Assembly (NCBI GenBank): GCA_051294375.1
Contig: CM119263.1
Span: forward strand, 24,529,649-24,593,648
DNA: 64,000 nt
Direction: 5' to 3'
DNA from: Paraspadella gotoi
Taxonomy: Eukaryota > Animalia > Chaetognatha
Positions 39,018 through 52,630 of this stretch are shown piece by piece (within the stretch, counting starts at the first letter, position 1; every line of letters starts with the position of its first letter). The notes beneath the pieces were generated by a model, which saw only the letters and a program-made list of their open reading frames with translations, was not told the origin of the DNA and searched no databases. A program made the position numbers and the translations under genes.

Positions 39018-39840
39018 AGAAGAGAATTATGATAACTCTAATAACGGGAGTGTAAGCAAGCGAGACCCACGAGCCAGAAGAAAATAAAGAGAAAACTAAG
39101 AAACGAGGAGAGAGATGGAGAGAGAGAGAGAGACTAAAAATGCTAAAAGATAGATAAAAAAAATAGAGAAAGGGCAAGCCGAGCCGGAGCCCTCTCTCTC
39201 GACCCCGTTGCCCGCTCGTCAGTCTCGTTTCATCTTTTCCCTCTCCCCCGTTTATGTTAAGTATCCATAGGAACTGGAGGATGACGATATTCATACCGAG
39301 GGACGATCGCTCGCGACTCTCACCAATTTTCCACAAGAGACGAAGAAGAATCACGGAGTGAATCATTAAGTCGAGCGGTGAAGAGAGATGTGGTGGGGGG
39401 GCGGGGTGAAGGGGGAGAGCTTATTGTGAATTGTTTTGAGGAAAGTTGAGTATTGGGGTTGGTGAACTATCAAGAAAAGAGAGCGACTATTGCACGAGTA
39501 GTGAAGCTAATCGATTCACATTAGAAAAAACATTTTCAACATAAATCGATAAAATTATTGGGAAGGGGTCAACTTTTAACGAGAAGTGAAATTTTAGTGA
39601 TGCGAAATTAAGTGTTATCAAACCTTTCGAAATTTTGCGATCCTTTCGATGTTATTCCCCTAAAGTTAAAAGAGCTGAAGAGAGAAGACTGTGAATGCGA
39701 CCTGTCGATGAATCTTATGAATAGCAATCGAGTTTTGACTATGAATGTAACGAGACGGTTATTGTAGCGTTGCGACGAGGAGGCGAGGGACGAATTACGC
39801 CGTCGGGCGAGAAAAGGAGTTCGACTGGACGGAGGGATTT

Positions 39841-39903
<63 letters not shown>

Positions 39904-40228
39904 CGAGAGCGATGAATATTCCTCTCTGTCTCCCTCAGGTTCCTTCCTTTCCTCCTTTAGTCTCATCGATGTTTTCATTAAGTGTATGTACGAGCGAACG
40001 AGTAATTTAGTGTGCATAGTAATTGGTAATTTGCTTTAGATAGGCATACTTGCATTGTAATAAATAGTTGCCCAACTTTTTTTTTCTTTCAAAGGCATCC
40101 ACCATTCCACGATCACAATTCCACATCATTTTTCTCGTCCTCTTACTTCCTCTCCTACTCTTTCTCCCTCTTCCCGTCCAGGTCGTCGTAAAGTTATTAA
40201 AAACGCTAGAGAGAGAGAGAGAGAAGAC

Positions 40229-40308
<80 letters not shown>

Positions 40309-41292
40309 CTTATTTTGCGAAGCCGAACGTCAAGGTGAAGCTTTGAAGTAAATAGAGCGGAACTTTTCTTTCTTCTGTGTGTCAGTGTGTGTGTGTCTTT
40401 CCTTCTCTCGCTCAATCCTTTTTCGTTCTTCGTCTTCCCAAATTTTCTGGTTTTTTTTCTTTTCTTTTCTTAGTTTGAATTAAATATTCAGTAATTCACT
40501 TGTTTTCGCTCGATCAAAAACGTATTATTTGTCGAGGTCTCCTGTCAAATTCTATTCCATTAACGTCTTTATTTAATCATCGTAATTTAATTCCAAAAAG
40601 TCTCATTCTCCAGGAAACTTACCTTTTCTAAAAATGACCTCACCCTTCTCAACTGACCCATGAACTTCCCTTTGTGATCACTTTCCCCCCCCACTTTAGC
40701 CAATCTTCGTCCAACAGATTAAAGGCTTCTTCACTCACTTTTTACTTCAGCATTTTCCCACTTACCCATATTTTTTCCCTCAGCTGGCGTCGCTCCCAAC
40801 CCGGGCTCCTCCTCCACCGGGTCCTCACCCTCGCCCTTACCCTTACCCCTTACAGGCTTCTCCTCCCCCTCGCACTTACCCATCTTCTCGAGAGAAACTC
40901 ACCGGAAACGTCGTTCGGGCAGAATTTTCGCCTGGTTGAACGTTGAATTTCTTTACGGTCCCGACACCCGGCGCCGAAGGACGACGCCGACAGACGACGC
41001 CGCCGCTCCCATACCCGCCGCTACCGTGGCCGCTGCCGACGCCGCCGCCCCGCCCCCTATCGTAAAAATAACCGTCCGTAGAAGGGCGAGGTCGTCCGCT
41101 TGATCGTAGAAGCGCTGGTGATATTGAGATGTGAATTGTGAAGAATGAGATTTCGGTGAGGGGGAAGTTTCTAAGACCCAGTGATTCTCCAAGGGTCACT
41201 TGAGAAAACTTTCTACGATGGGCCGTTGGATCTTGGTCGGTTGTTCAAGGCATATAAGTTGAAAGTCGAAAGTTGTTGTTCTTATTATTACA

Positions 41293-41460
41293 ATAAAATT
41301 GGTACAAGCAATTTAAAAATTATCCTTTCATTGAATAAAAAAGCTATCTTGCCCCCGACCTATTGCAGGCTGTGGTGGGTAATGTCTTACATCCCTCTTA
41401 CAAGATAATAGCAGGGCCTGCAGTGCCTGCAGGGCCTGCCAACTTTCAATCAATTCGTCT
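41293..41460 (+). repeat. Dispersed repeat family A, diverged copy
   Basis: ataaaattggtacaagcaatttaaaaattatcc...gctatcttgccccc...ctcttacaagataat...ctttcaatcaa aligns by eye to 1580-1730 with many substitutions. Confidence 0.8.
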
Positions 41461-44400
41461 TTGACTTGAAAAAAGCTTTGAGCAGCGATCGTGTTGAATG
41501 CCCTCCTCAAGAGTGCCCTCTGTCGGCTTGAGAAAGGCGAAATAGCCGTTCGTTTGAGCTTCATTTGAAGGATGATAATTAGGTAGGCGTGGCAAGTTTT
41601 CCCTGATGGTTGCGGCCAGATTGGGGATGGGGAAAAGATGGTCTATGGTTGTTAGACGACCGTGGAATGAGTCTTAGAAGCATAAGATAATAAAGTATTT
41701 AGTTAATGAGTCTGTTTACACTCATGCTTGTTCACTGTTCAGTGTTCACTGTTCATTGTTCAGTGTTCAGTGTTCACAGCCTCTGACATAATCCTCTCTT
41801 CATTTTCAAATCTCGTCAAAATCGCTCGTCTTCACAAATCACAACCACCTCACCCGACCTTACCCGAGCAACCCACTCTTTTATTCCACTAAAGAAGAAA
41901 AAAAACGAAAACTCGATGATTGGGTGAACATCTTCTTCGTCTTCCTCCCCCTCCTCTTCCTCATCTTCTTCCTCTCCCCATGGATAATAGATTTTTACTC
42001 AGCCACCTAATGGCTTGACGCTTCCGCTCCGCCGGCCGCCGCCGTCGCCGCCGAAGCTGCAGTCGTCATAGCGACGACCAGGGCTCCGCAGCAGCCGCCA
42101 TAACTACCTGACGCTGTTACGGTTGTTAACGGCGGTCGGTGACGGCGGCGGGGGCGGTGGCGGCGACGGCTTCGGAGAGAGAGAGAGGTGGGGGGAAAGG
42201 CATCGTGTGATGACAAGCGTTTTATGACAGGATTTAGCGGGAGACACGAGGAGAAACGAGGACGGAGGGAGGAAAGGAAAGAATGGGACTCGGGTTAATG
42301 GCGAAAAAATTGAGTTTTATCTGCCGGAGAGTTTCTATCTCTACTCTTCTCTACTCTCTCTCTCTCTTCTCTCTCCTCTCTCGTTCTTTATGTCTTCCAT
42401 CTTACCATATTTCTACTTTTATAAACCTCTATCAACTATTTTACTTGAACGATGATTGCGCGGCAAGGATACCTCTTCTTCTCCCTATCATCTCATCATC
42501 TTTTCATTTCCTTACTTTCCTCTTCACTCTCCTCCTCGTCTCACTTCCTTTTCCTTTCCCTCACTTACTTCTCTTATACTCTCATTACCAGTGTTTACGA
42601 CTTTTATTGTTGAATTCTATATATAGATCTGCTACTCATACCTTATATCATCTCCATTATCACTCTCAATAACTCTCTTCTATCTCTATCTCTCTTCCTT
42701 CTCTCATCTACTCTCTCCTCTCCACTCTCTCCTTCTCCCTCTTTACTCTCTACTCTATTACTCTCATTCTATCTACTATATTACAATACTAATAGGCAGT
42801 CTCATTGTCCTCAATCTCCTCTGTGCTCTATCAATATACCTCTTCTCTCTCACATCTATATACTACACTCTCTAACTTTCATTCTTCATATATCTTCTCT
42901 CTTTCCTTCTACTCTACTCTCTATCATTATTACTGCTATCTCAAATACTTCCTCTATACACTCCTCAACATCTCTTATACATTACACTCTCCTTTCCTAC
43001 TCTTCATCCTCTCTCTCTCTTCCTCTTCTCCTCTCCACTCATACCACATCATACTAACTCACTCTCTCTCTCACTCATATCTGCCATCTACTTCTCTACC
43101 TCCGTACTCGCACAAAATCGGAAAATGTGATATACTTATAAAAATACTATCTCTATTNNNNNNNNNNNNNNNNNNNNNNNNNTTTAAATTGTTAACTTTA
43201 TCTCTTTCTTTTTTACTTATTTTTCTTTTATCTTCTTACATTTCCCCTTTCTTTCCCTTTCTATCATNNNNNNNNNNNNNNNNNNNNNNNNNNNNNNNNN
43301 NNNNNNNNNNNNNNNNNNNNNNNNNNNNNNNNNNNNNNNNNNNNNNNNNNNNNNNNNNNNNNNNNNNNNNNNNNNNNNNNNNNNNNNNNNNNNNNNNNNN
43401 NNNNNNNNNNNNNNNNNNNNNNNNNNNNNNNNNNNNNNNNNNNNNNNNNNNNNNNNNNNNNNNNNNNNNNNNNNNNNNNNNNNNNNNNNNNNNNNNNNNN
43501 NNNNNNNNNNNNNNNNNNNNNNNNNTCCTCCTCCTCTCGAATTATCATCTTGTTATGGTTTCCCCGAGCATAAAGACCTTTGAATTCAATCCGTGGGGAT
43601 TTCTCTTCTTTTTCTTCTTCCCCTTTTTTTTCCATATTCCATTCTTTTTTTTTCTCGAATTCGGATGGAGTGAGAGAGAGATGGAGGGATGGTGAGAGGG
43701 ATCGGCTGGGATCGCCCTCAAAACGAATTCCCCAGCCTCTCGCTATTTTTACTGATTCTTTTTCCAAATGTCTTTTGAAAAAGTGGGACAGAGCGAGAAG
43801 GAAAAACGAATTGTGGAAACGTAACTCGGTACTCACATAGCGATCCCTCGTCCATCTATACATTTCATCGTCACAAAACGATGCCGAGAATGCCGCTGAT
43901 ACCGAAAATACCGTGAATTTCGAAGAGAAATTCCACTCGAGTCCCGAATATTTTCGACGATTTTCCCGTGAATCGCAGGAGAGAAAAAAAAAATCTCTTG
44001 ATTTCACGAATTTGAATTTTCCATCAAAGTTTCGACGCCGACTTCCGTCGACCGTGACCAAAACCGGGAGGGTTGAGAGGCCGTGGCGAGTGCTACGGCC
44101 GTGGCATTCGCGGCCGTGGCACCCATCCCATCATCTTCGGTCGGGCGGACGATGATTAGGACACGAAGGTGATTTAGAGAACAAGCGAAGATTGAGAATG
44201 AGGACCCGTGGGGGCCGTTGAAATATGAGATGAGAGGATGGGGTGAGTCGCTTGTGGGTGGCCAGGAGTCCTGGCCACGTGGAAGGGTTTAAAAATTACG
44301 AGAGAGATACGTTGAAGAATTTCAAAACGATGTAAATGCCATTAAGACAAGATGGTAAGATTCATAGATGTTGTTTCTTTGTTCTTGATTTACTCATAGG

Positions 44401-44697
44401 AAATAAAAAAAAAGAATTTATGAAGAATTAAAGAAAACACTGTCTTTTAAGTATTACTATTACTGATTTCTTCCAATGAGCAAAAAAGAATGATATCTCA
44501 CTAAACTGAAAAACAAAATAAAATACGTAGGTAAGACACGAATACAATAATACAGTAAAATATTAACTTGAGGGTACAGGACTAAACGTTTTCGGAGAAA
44601 ATTTGTCGCTTCTTTCTTAGGAAAACTGGGAGTGATATTATCCTGAGAAAAGTATGAACTGGGGATCCAAATTTCCGAAGATGCGAAGGACAATTGT

Positions 44698-45092
44698 AAG
44701 ATGTTAAAGAAGGAAAAGAGTAAGATATTAAAGAAGGAAAAGAGTAAGATGTTAAAGAAGTAAAAGAGTAAGATGTTAAAGAAGGAAAAGAGTAAGATGT
44801 TAAAGAAGGAAAAGAGTAAGATGTTAAAGAAGGAAAAGAGTAAGATGTTAAAGAAGGAAAAGAGTAAGATGTTAAAGAAGGAAAAGAGTAAGATGTTAAA
44901 GAAGGAAAAGAGTAAAGTGTTAAAGAAGGAAAAGAGTAAGCAGTTAAAGAAGGAAAAGAGTAAGATGTTAAAGAAGGAAAAGAGTAAGATGTTAAAGAAG
45001 GAATAGAGTAAGATGTTAAAGAAGGAAAAGAGTAAGATGTTAAAGAAGGAAAAGAGTAAGATGTTAAAGAAGGAAAAGAGTAAAATGTTAAA
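44698..45092. repeat. 24-bp minisatellite (aagatgttaaagaaggaaaagagt), ~16 units
   Basis: Directly visible tandem array with a few variant units. Confidence 0.95.
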
Positions 45093-47225
45093 GAGACGAC
45101 GCCGTGTTTTATGGAAAAGAAGAAAGATTAAAAAAAAAAAACGAGAAGAGAAGAAAGAGGAGAAGAAAGATGTTGAAGAGGAGGAAGCGAAAAAAGGAAT
45201 CGTTCTACTTTCTCGAGAGATTGAGATGCGACGAAGAGAAAGAAAAAATTGAATCAATCGTCGAGAGACAGAGACGTCGCTTTCTTACCCTATCTTTATC
45301 TCCCTCGCACCCTCGTCCTTTGCCGCTCCTTTTGCCCCCGACGGCACACGGGAGCCCGTGACGATTTCCGAGTCTTCCGTCAACCCTCTTCAGTCTTCAC
45401 TCTCCCGCCCTCGGAGCCCTCGCCTCATCCGATCCTTCGCGTCCCCGGAGGCGAATCGAGGAAGCGCGAAGGTCGCAACCCTTTCGCGGCCGAAGAAACA
45501 ACCACGCCTCGCCGCTTTTAGGCTCTGGCGCTGCGCCGGCGCGTCAGCATCGGCCGCGCCGACGCGTCAGCATCGTCCGTTAAAAAATCAAAAATATCTT
45601 CTTTACTCTGGGTCAAATTGTTGTTTTTTTTTAATATAAATTAAAATATTATATTTCTAACGTTTAAATAAGCTAATCTTCATTTTATTTTTAAAACATC
45701 AAACCCTTTGCCTGATTCTCCTAACAAATCTTTACATAAATCCACCAACAAAATCATTATCCAAATTCTGCATATAAATCTTTATCTAAATCCTTGTCTA
45801 AATCCTGCGACGAAATCAATGTCCGAATTCTCCAAAAGAATCTTTGTTTAAATCCCGCAACAAAATCTTTGTCCGAAGTCCATCTCGGGTTCTAATGCTT
45901 CCTTTTTGTTGCCACTTGAGACCGACCGTAATCCACGTCGACGGAATATAAAAAAATGGCGAAGAGATTCCCTATTTCTTTTCTTTATCTCTCTTTCTCT
46001 CTCTCTCTCTCTCTCTTCTCTTTCTCTCTCTCGTCTCTCTCTCTCTCTCTCTCTCTCCCCGTCTCTCTCTCTGCTCGCCTCTCCCCTCTTCTTTAAAAAT
46101 CTTTTTTTTCTTCCTTTTATCGAATCGAATTTCCTTGGGCGGGAAACCCCCTCACACGCTTGACCCGGGCTTAACCTCATATTTTGCGAAGAAAAAAAAA
46201 CGCAAAATGAAAAAAAAAACTTTGATTCGCCCCTCACCTCTAGGGGTAAAGTATGCATTATACTCATAGTCATTGTTGAAATGTATAGTACTGAAAGAGT
46301 TAACTAACGACACTTTACAACGGTTAAAAATAAACGTTTGTCAATTTTTAATTTTTCAATCGAGAGGCGCTCTTTAATTTTTACTTTCTTCTTTCAATCC
46401 TAACTATTTTTTGCTTCGATTTTCGTCTTTTCTCTCTCCGTTCACAGTTCGCAATCTTCACCCCATCTCCCCACTCCGCCTCTTCCTCGCGACGCGGCTT
46501 GACTCGCAAACCCTCGGAGCAATAACGCGGAATCCGAGGTCGAAAAAAGAGTCAAAACAATGATTTTGATTAATATTGCGCCGATGCTCGGGGGAGCGCC
46601 GCCCCTCGCCGCCTTTCCCGCCTTCGTCTACGTGCCAACGCGGCAGCAAGAAAGCGCACACGCGACAGGGTAAACGTGCATTGCGCACGCAGTCGCTTAG
46701 TGGAGTGTTTGCATCTGGAGGGTGCTATTTTGTTTAGTCTTGCACGTCTCATTCTTCTCATCATTCCTCTCATTCCCTCGTCCGTCGACCTCATCGTTCT
46801 CTCTATCGCGTCTCGTCTCGTTCTCTCTCTCTCTCTCCTACTCTCGTACTCTCTCCTTCGTGCTCTCTCTCTCTTTTTTCTCCACGTCTCTCCGCTCTCG
46901 ATCTCTATCTCCTCTCTTGCTCTCTCTCTCTCGCATGCCATCTCTCAATCGCCAAGCTTTTCCTTTCTTTTTCCATCTCCCCTTTCCGCCTCGACCGCTC
47001 AAGAAGCGAATTCATTTCGAAAATACAAAAATAAAGATCGAATCAAAGAACATATCTTTTCCAGAGTGACTCTGGCTCTTGCATCGCTCGCGCGCCCGTG
47101 CGTCACGTCTTTTCTCCAATCACAACGCGCCGAGAGGATTTCATATGGAAGAAGAAACCAGTTTCGCAAGAGAAGAGAGAGGAAGAGACCAGAGAGAGAG
47201 AGAGAGAGGAGAGAGCAGAATGTTC

Positions 47226-47277
<52 letters not shown>

Positions 47278-48686
47278 GATGACANNNNNNNNNNNNNNNN
47301 NNNNNNNNNCATAAACCAATTTCGAGATACACTCCTTCCACCGGCATAAAAGCCCCGATAAATAATATTTCGATGCCCCGAGGAAAACCCGGGCGACGGA
47401 AGACGCGAAGACGCAATAACTTTTCCCGGTTTGTGAAGGGGGGGNNNNNNNNNNNNNNNNNNNNNNNNNNNNNNNNNNNNNNNNNNNNNNNNNNNNNNNN
47501 NNNNNNNNNNNNNNNNNNNNNNNNNNNNNNNNNNNNNNNNNNNNNNNNNNNNNNNNNGTAAAAAGGGGAGGGAGAGCAGAGAGGTGAAATGCGTTGGAAT
47601 GTAAGGAGTCAATTGATACTTTTTTCTTTTCACTTTAGATGTTGAATAAGAACTCTGTAGAACAACGAATAAAGAACAACGAACTCTGTAAAACGACGAC
47701 GACGATAAAAATGAAAGGGTAAATCAAATAGTAGAACATAGAAGAAAATAAAAAGATTACAATTTATGTTTACAAACAGAATTGAAGAAAAATCTTTTAA
47801 AAAAAGCACAAATTGTTTTAGAAACGGCTCAACTTTTACTATACTACAAAGTACATACTACATACAACTTACTATACGACGTCGTCGTCATCGTCGTCCT
47901 CATAGTCGCCGTCGTCGTCGTCGATTCAGCCAGTGATGAAAACCGCCATTGATTTTGATACCAGGACATTTTTGAGGAGCTGACGACGTCGTAAAATACG
48001 CCAGCGGCGATGACGACAACGACGCCGTTAAATCTTCCATCAACCGCGGCGTCGAATAACTGGCGACGCCTCCTTATTTTTCGGCGGAACTCGTTTTTTC
48101 TCGGCGCCGAAGACGACGACGACGACGACGCGTATAAAGACGATGGAGACGATGTCGAAGACGACGACAAAAAAAGCGTTTTGGATGGGAATTGGGAAGA
48201 AAGATACTTAACTTCCACGAGCGCCCTCTCTCTTAAGGAAAAAAAAATTATCAATATGAATTCATGTTCTGATTTTTGATTGATCGATTGATCGATTGAT
48301 ACGTCTATTTTCAGACACTTTCGGGGTTCGAAAGAAAAGATGGCGTTTCATTGACGACCTTGGCAAAATCGTTCAGGTCATCGTTGTCGTCTTCGTCGCT
48401 GCCTTCGTCGTCTTCGTCGTCATCTTCGAGAAATTTCTCAGTGGAGTAAGAGACAGGTAAATAACCCGTTAGCCAAAGGACAGGTAAACAAATAGGTGGC
48501 AAAACTGTCGAATGATCCACGATGACCCGAGAGAAAGAAAGCTCGTCCTCTGAAAAAAAAATGGATTTTTGAGTGCGCTCTCAGCCCGAGCACGTAATCC
48601 ATGCGTGTACGGGAAAGAAGGCGCGTGCGCGAAAGACCGAAGAATTTATGGAATTTCCTCTCTAAAAAAGATAAGATGGAGTCGGT

Positions 48687-48720
<34 letters not shown>

Positions 48721-50316
48721 TCGAAACCAAATGCGGATATTTCGGGAAAAAGCTAAAAAGTTAAAGTGAATCCATTAGAGGAGGAAGAGGAAGAGGAAGA
48801 GTCTCTTCACCTCGAGACGCTCAGGTATATGGAGTTAATGGCGTAGAATGGAACGACATAGATGGGGAGGGAGACGNNNNNNNNNNNNNNNNNNNNNNNN
48901 NNNNNNNNNNNNNNNNNNNNNNNNNNNNNNNNNNNNNNNNNNNNNNNNNNNNNNNNNNNNNNNNNNNNNNNNNNNNNNNNNNNNNNNNNNNNNNNNNNNN
49001 NNNNNNNNNNNNNNNNNNNNNNNNNNNNNNNNNNNNNNNNNNNNNNNNNNNNNNNNNNNNNNNNNNNNNNNNNNNNNNNNNNNNNNNNNNNNNNNNNNNN
49101 NNNNNNNNNNNNNNNNNNNNNNNNNNNNNNNNNNNNNCTCATTACAGGTTGATTGCTTACGTAATTAGCCACTCACGGTTCCCTCATTAAGATCGACTGC
49201 GCGGGAGGGAAAAGGGGAGTAGGGGGCGGCTGGGCGGCGATGCGGCAGAGGCGGCGGCGGCAGAGGCGGTGGCTTAGGCAGCGGTGGAGGAGGCAGCGGC
49301 GGAAAACTGGGAGGGCGTGTCTTCGATCAGGGAACAGAACACTACCGCCTGGACGCCTGTTATGGCCTGGTCGCCTCGTTGCCCGTTTCGCCGCCGGGGA
49401 TGCGCGATTAGTATTTCGCCCCGCATTGACTGGTGACGATGACGTGAGAAGCGGCAGCGGCGGCGTCTGCTGCGGCGGCGGCCGCGGTCGAAGCTGCGAT
49501 GTATTTCAGATTCCGTCCGCAGATTTGATCCGTCGGGAACCGAGGACCAAGAAAAATAGGAAAGACCTTATTTGAAAATTTGTAATAAATCAAAATTTGA
49601 TTTCGGAAATAAAGTGAAAAAAGCGCAAATGGTCGAGCAGACGATTGATTGATNNNNNNNNNNNNNNNNNNNNNNNNNNNNNNNNNNNNNNNNNNNNNNN
49701 NNNNNNNNNNNNNNNNNNNNNNNNNNNNNNNNNNNNNNNNNNNNNNNNNNNNNNNNNNNNNNNNNNNNNNNNNNNNNNNNNNNNNNNNNNNNNNNNNNNN
49801 NNNNNNNNNNNNNNNNNNNNNNNNNNNNNNNNNNNNNNNNNNNNNNNNNNNNNNNNNNNNNNNNNNNNNNNNNNNNNNNNCAATTTTACCAATCTGTCAA
49901 AATTTGCCAAGAAATTTGTCTTTTTTAGAAAAAAAAATGGCGTTAGTTTCGGCGTGGAAAGCAGAGAGAGGAATTAGTTTTCGTGATGGAGGGAAGTGGA
50001 GAAAAGGGGATAGGGTGATGGATGGGCGCGGGAAAATGGGCGTCGAGTTACGACTTTACTAAAATAAAATTGTGAATTGGTTGTAGACGATTACTTTATT
50101 ACGTGTGAGTATTGAGTATTGAGAAGACTGCTATTAACCATAGGATATACTGTAAATTATCATTTTTAATTTTGGCGATGCTCCAATATTCCGATATTCA
50201 TAGCGGATCGAGAAAGCCATAGCCATAGCCAAAGCCTTGGGCAAAGGGGTTAGACTATCGACCAGAAGATCTTGTCCTCACAACTGTAAGGTCACGATTA
50301 AATCTCTCTACTTGTA

Positions 50317-52630
50317 AAGAGGCATATGGTATTCAATGATGTCATTGTAATTATAGGCGAACATCCACATTCGATGGCCCCAGAACAATGGGATGAGCGC
50401 TCCGCGGAGGGGGGAGGGATTGGCTGAAGGGGGTATTTGTTGCCGCGTAATGTTGAAGTTTTTTTATTAATGTAGAAAAGACGAGGTTGACATGCAAACG
50501 ATATTTTTTGTCGCGGAAAAACTTTAGATTAAATAACGAATGATTTCAATGTTATTGCTTTTAAATTTAGTTCTTTTTATTTTGCGTCTCAGATTAAGTG
50601 CACGCAGTTGACAGTTCCTACGTCGACTACGCGAATAAATATTGAACAAAAAATGAAAAATAAATACCAGCAAGGAACAGAGCGATGAGGAGAAGAGAGA
50701 GGAGAGAGAGATGAGAGAGAAGAGAGAGAGAGAAGAAGAGAGAGAGAGATAGAGAGAGGTGAGGAGAGAGAGTTGGGTGGTCGGTTGGAGAGCTATATCT
50801 CTTACTTAATGAGGCGATTGCCTGCGAGTGCGGTCGCGTGAATAACGGATTACAATCCGAGCGGATGGAGTGACGGCTCCGGGAATCGAACGTATGTAAG
50901 ACCGATGACGGGGGGTGGTGGGGGGAGTTGCGGGGCTAGTTTGGAGAGTGAAAAAATGTNNNNNNNNNNNNNNNNNNNNNNNNNATGGGGGTGTCGGGTT
51001 AACAGCCATAGACACTTAGACAGTGAGATCTTTTTTATTTATTTAGTCACTTTTATATGAGACGACCATCTACATGACACCAATCTTGCCGCGTTCAAGA
51101 CTTGGTTTCCTTGAATGACTAGTATCCAAAAGTAACCATAGTACGTGGAGTGGTAAGTATGGTGGTAATCTTTCTCGCGAGGTGGGCTCTCGAAATAATA
51201 ATAAAAAAAAAACGGACTAACGCGAGCAGAAAGTAAGAGTTATCGGATCTCGCGCTACGTTAGAGAGTAAAGTCGCCCGACAACGCGCGGCTAAGATTCT
51301 CGTCGCTCATCGGTCGATTTCCCGACTAAATTCGACTCTGATTGGCTGGCAGTCGGAGAGCCTCGACGACGACGTCGGACTCGGACTCGGACGCTTGGGC
51401 TTAATGGTGTTGACTCGCGCCTGTGAATAACCAATAAAAGCAGCGATAATATAAGACATGAAATATTAATGGGGACGGGGAAGAGGCATATGGTATTCAA
51501 TGATGTCATTGTAATTATAGGCGAACATCCACATTCGATGGCCCCGAAGAATGGGGGCGCCCGAGGCGGGGAGGGATTGGCTGAAGGGGTATTTGTGGCC
51601 GCGGATAAAGTGAAGTATATTTTATAAGATAAGGAAAAGACGAGGACAGCACAACGATATTTGCTCGCGGCGGAAAAACTTAGATTAAATAAACGATGAT
51701 TTCAATGTTATTGCTTTAATTGAGTATCTTTTTTTATTGCCGCTCAGATTAAGTGCACGCAGTGACAGTTCCTTACGTCGACTAACGCGAATAAATATAT
51801 GAACAAAAACATGAAAAATAAATACCCAAGCAACGTGAAACAGAGAGAGAGAGAGATGAGAAGAAGAGAGAGAGAGATGAGAGAGACTAGAGAGATGAGA
51901 GAGAGAGTTGGGTGGTGTGGAGGAGCTATATTCTTACTATAATGAGGCGATTGCCTGCGAGTGCGGTCGCGTGAATGAACGGATTACAATCCGAGCGATG
52001 GATGACGGGCTCCGGGAATCAACGATGTAAGACCGGATGACGGGGGGTGGTGGGGGGAGTTGCGGGGCTAGTTTGGAGAGTGAAAAAATGTGGGGTGTCG
52101 GTTAACAGCCATAGACATTAGACAGTGAGGACTCTTTTTTATTTATTTCTATAGTCCTTTTTATATTAGAGACGGACGCATCTAAAATGACACAAAAATT
52201 GACTTGCCGCCGTTCATAAAGAATTTGTTCTGAAGGATAGTAATACAAAGTAAGCAAAGTACGTGGAGTGGTAAAGTAGTGGGTAAAATCTTTCTCGCGA
52301 GGTGGGCTCTCCGAAGAAGTAAAATACATAAAAAAAAAAAAACGGGACGCAAGCTGCCGACCGCCCAGGACAAGTAAGAGTTAAGATGCGAAGAATTCTA
52401 CGCAGCCTACGTTAGAGAGTAAAGTCCCCCGACAACGCGCGCTAAAGATTCTGTCGTCCATTGTCGATTTTTCACCAATTCGCTCTGGATTGGGCTGAGT
52501 CGGAGAGCTCGACGACGACGTCGGACTCGACTCGGACGCTCGGGCTTAATGAGTGGTTAGGTCTCGCGCCTGTGAATAACAATAATAGACCACGCGATAA
52601 TATAGACATGAAATATTTAATGGGGACGAG
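50317..52630. repeat. ~1.16-kb tandem duplication (50317-51480 / 51481-~52630), probably an assembly artefact
   Basis: aagaggcatatggtattcaatgatgtcattg begins at both 50317 and 51481. The copies are collinear and differ mainly by 1-2 nt indels. Confidence 0.9.

Noticed and set aside
42283-43695. Ser/Leu/Tyr-rich ORFs of 129 and 296 aa
   Set aside because: Low-complexity, probably low-accuracy CT-rich gap-flank sequence.
44460-45257. 265-aa FFNILLFS-repeat ORF and the MLKKEKSK-repeat ORFs
   Set aside because: Products of the 24-bp minisatellite. The + frame is interrupted by stops and there is no splice or codon support.
47594-47616. TGGAATGTAAGG resembling the 5' end of miR-1/miR-206
   Set aside because: The match breaks after about 13 nt and there is no complementary arm to form a pre-miRNA hairpin.
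47844-48520. Acidic short ORFs on both strands
   Set aside because: Driven by (GAC)n/(GTC)n tracts, with no consistent splice sites or recognisable motif.
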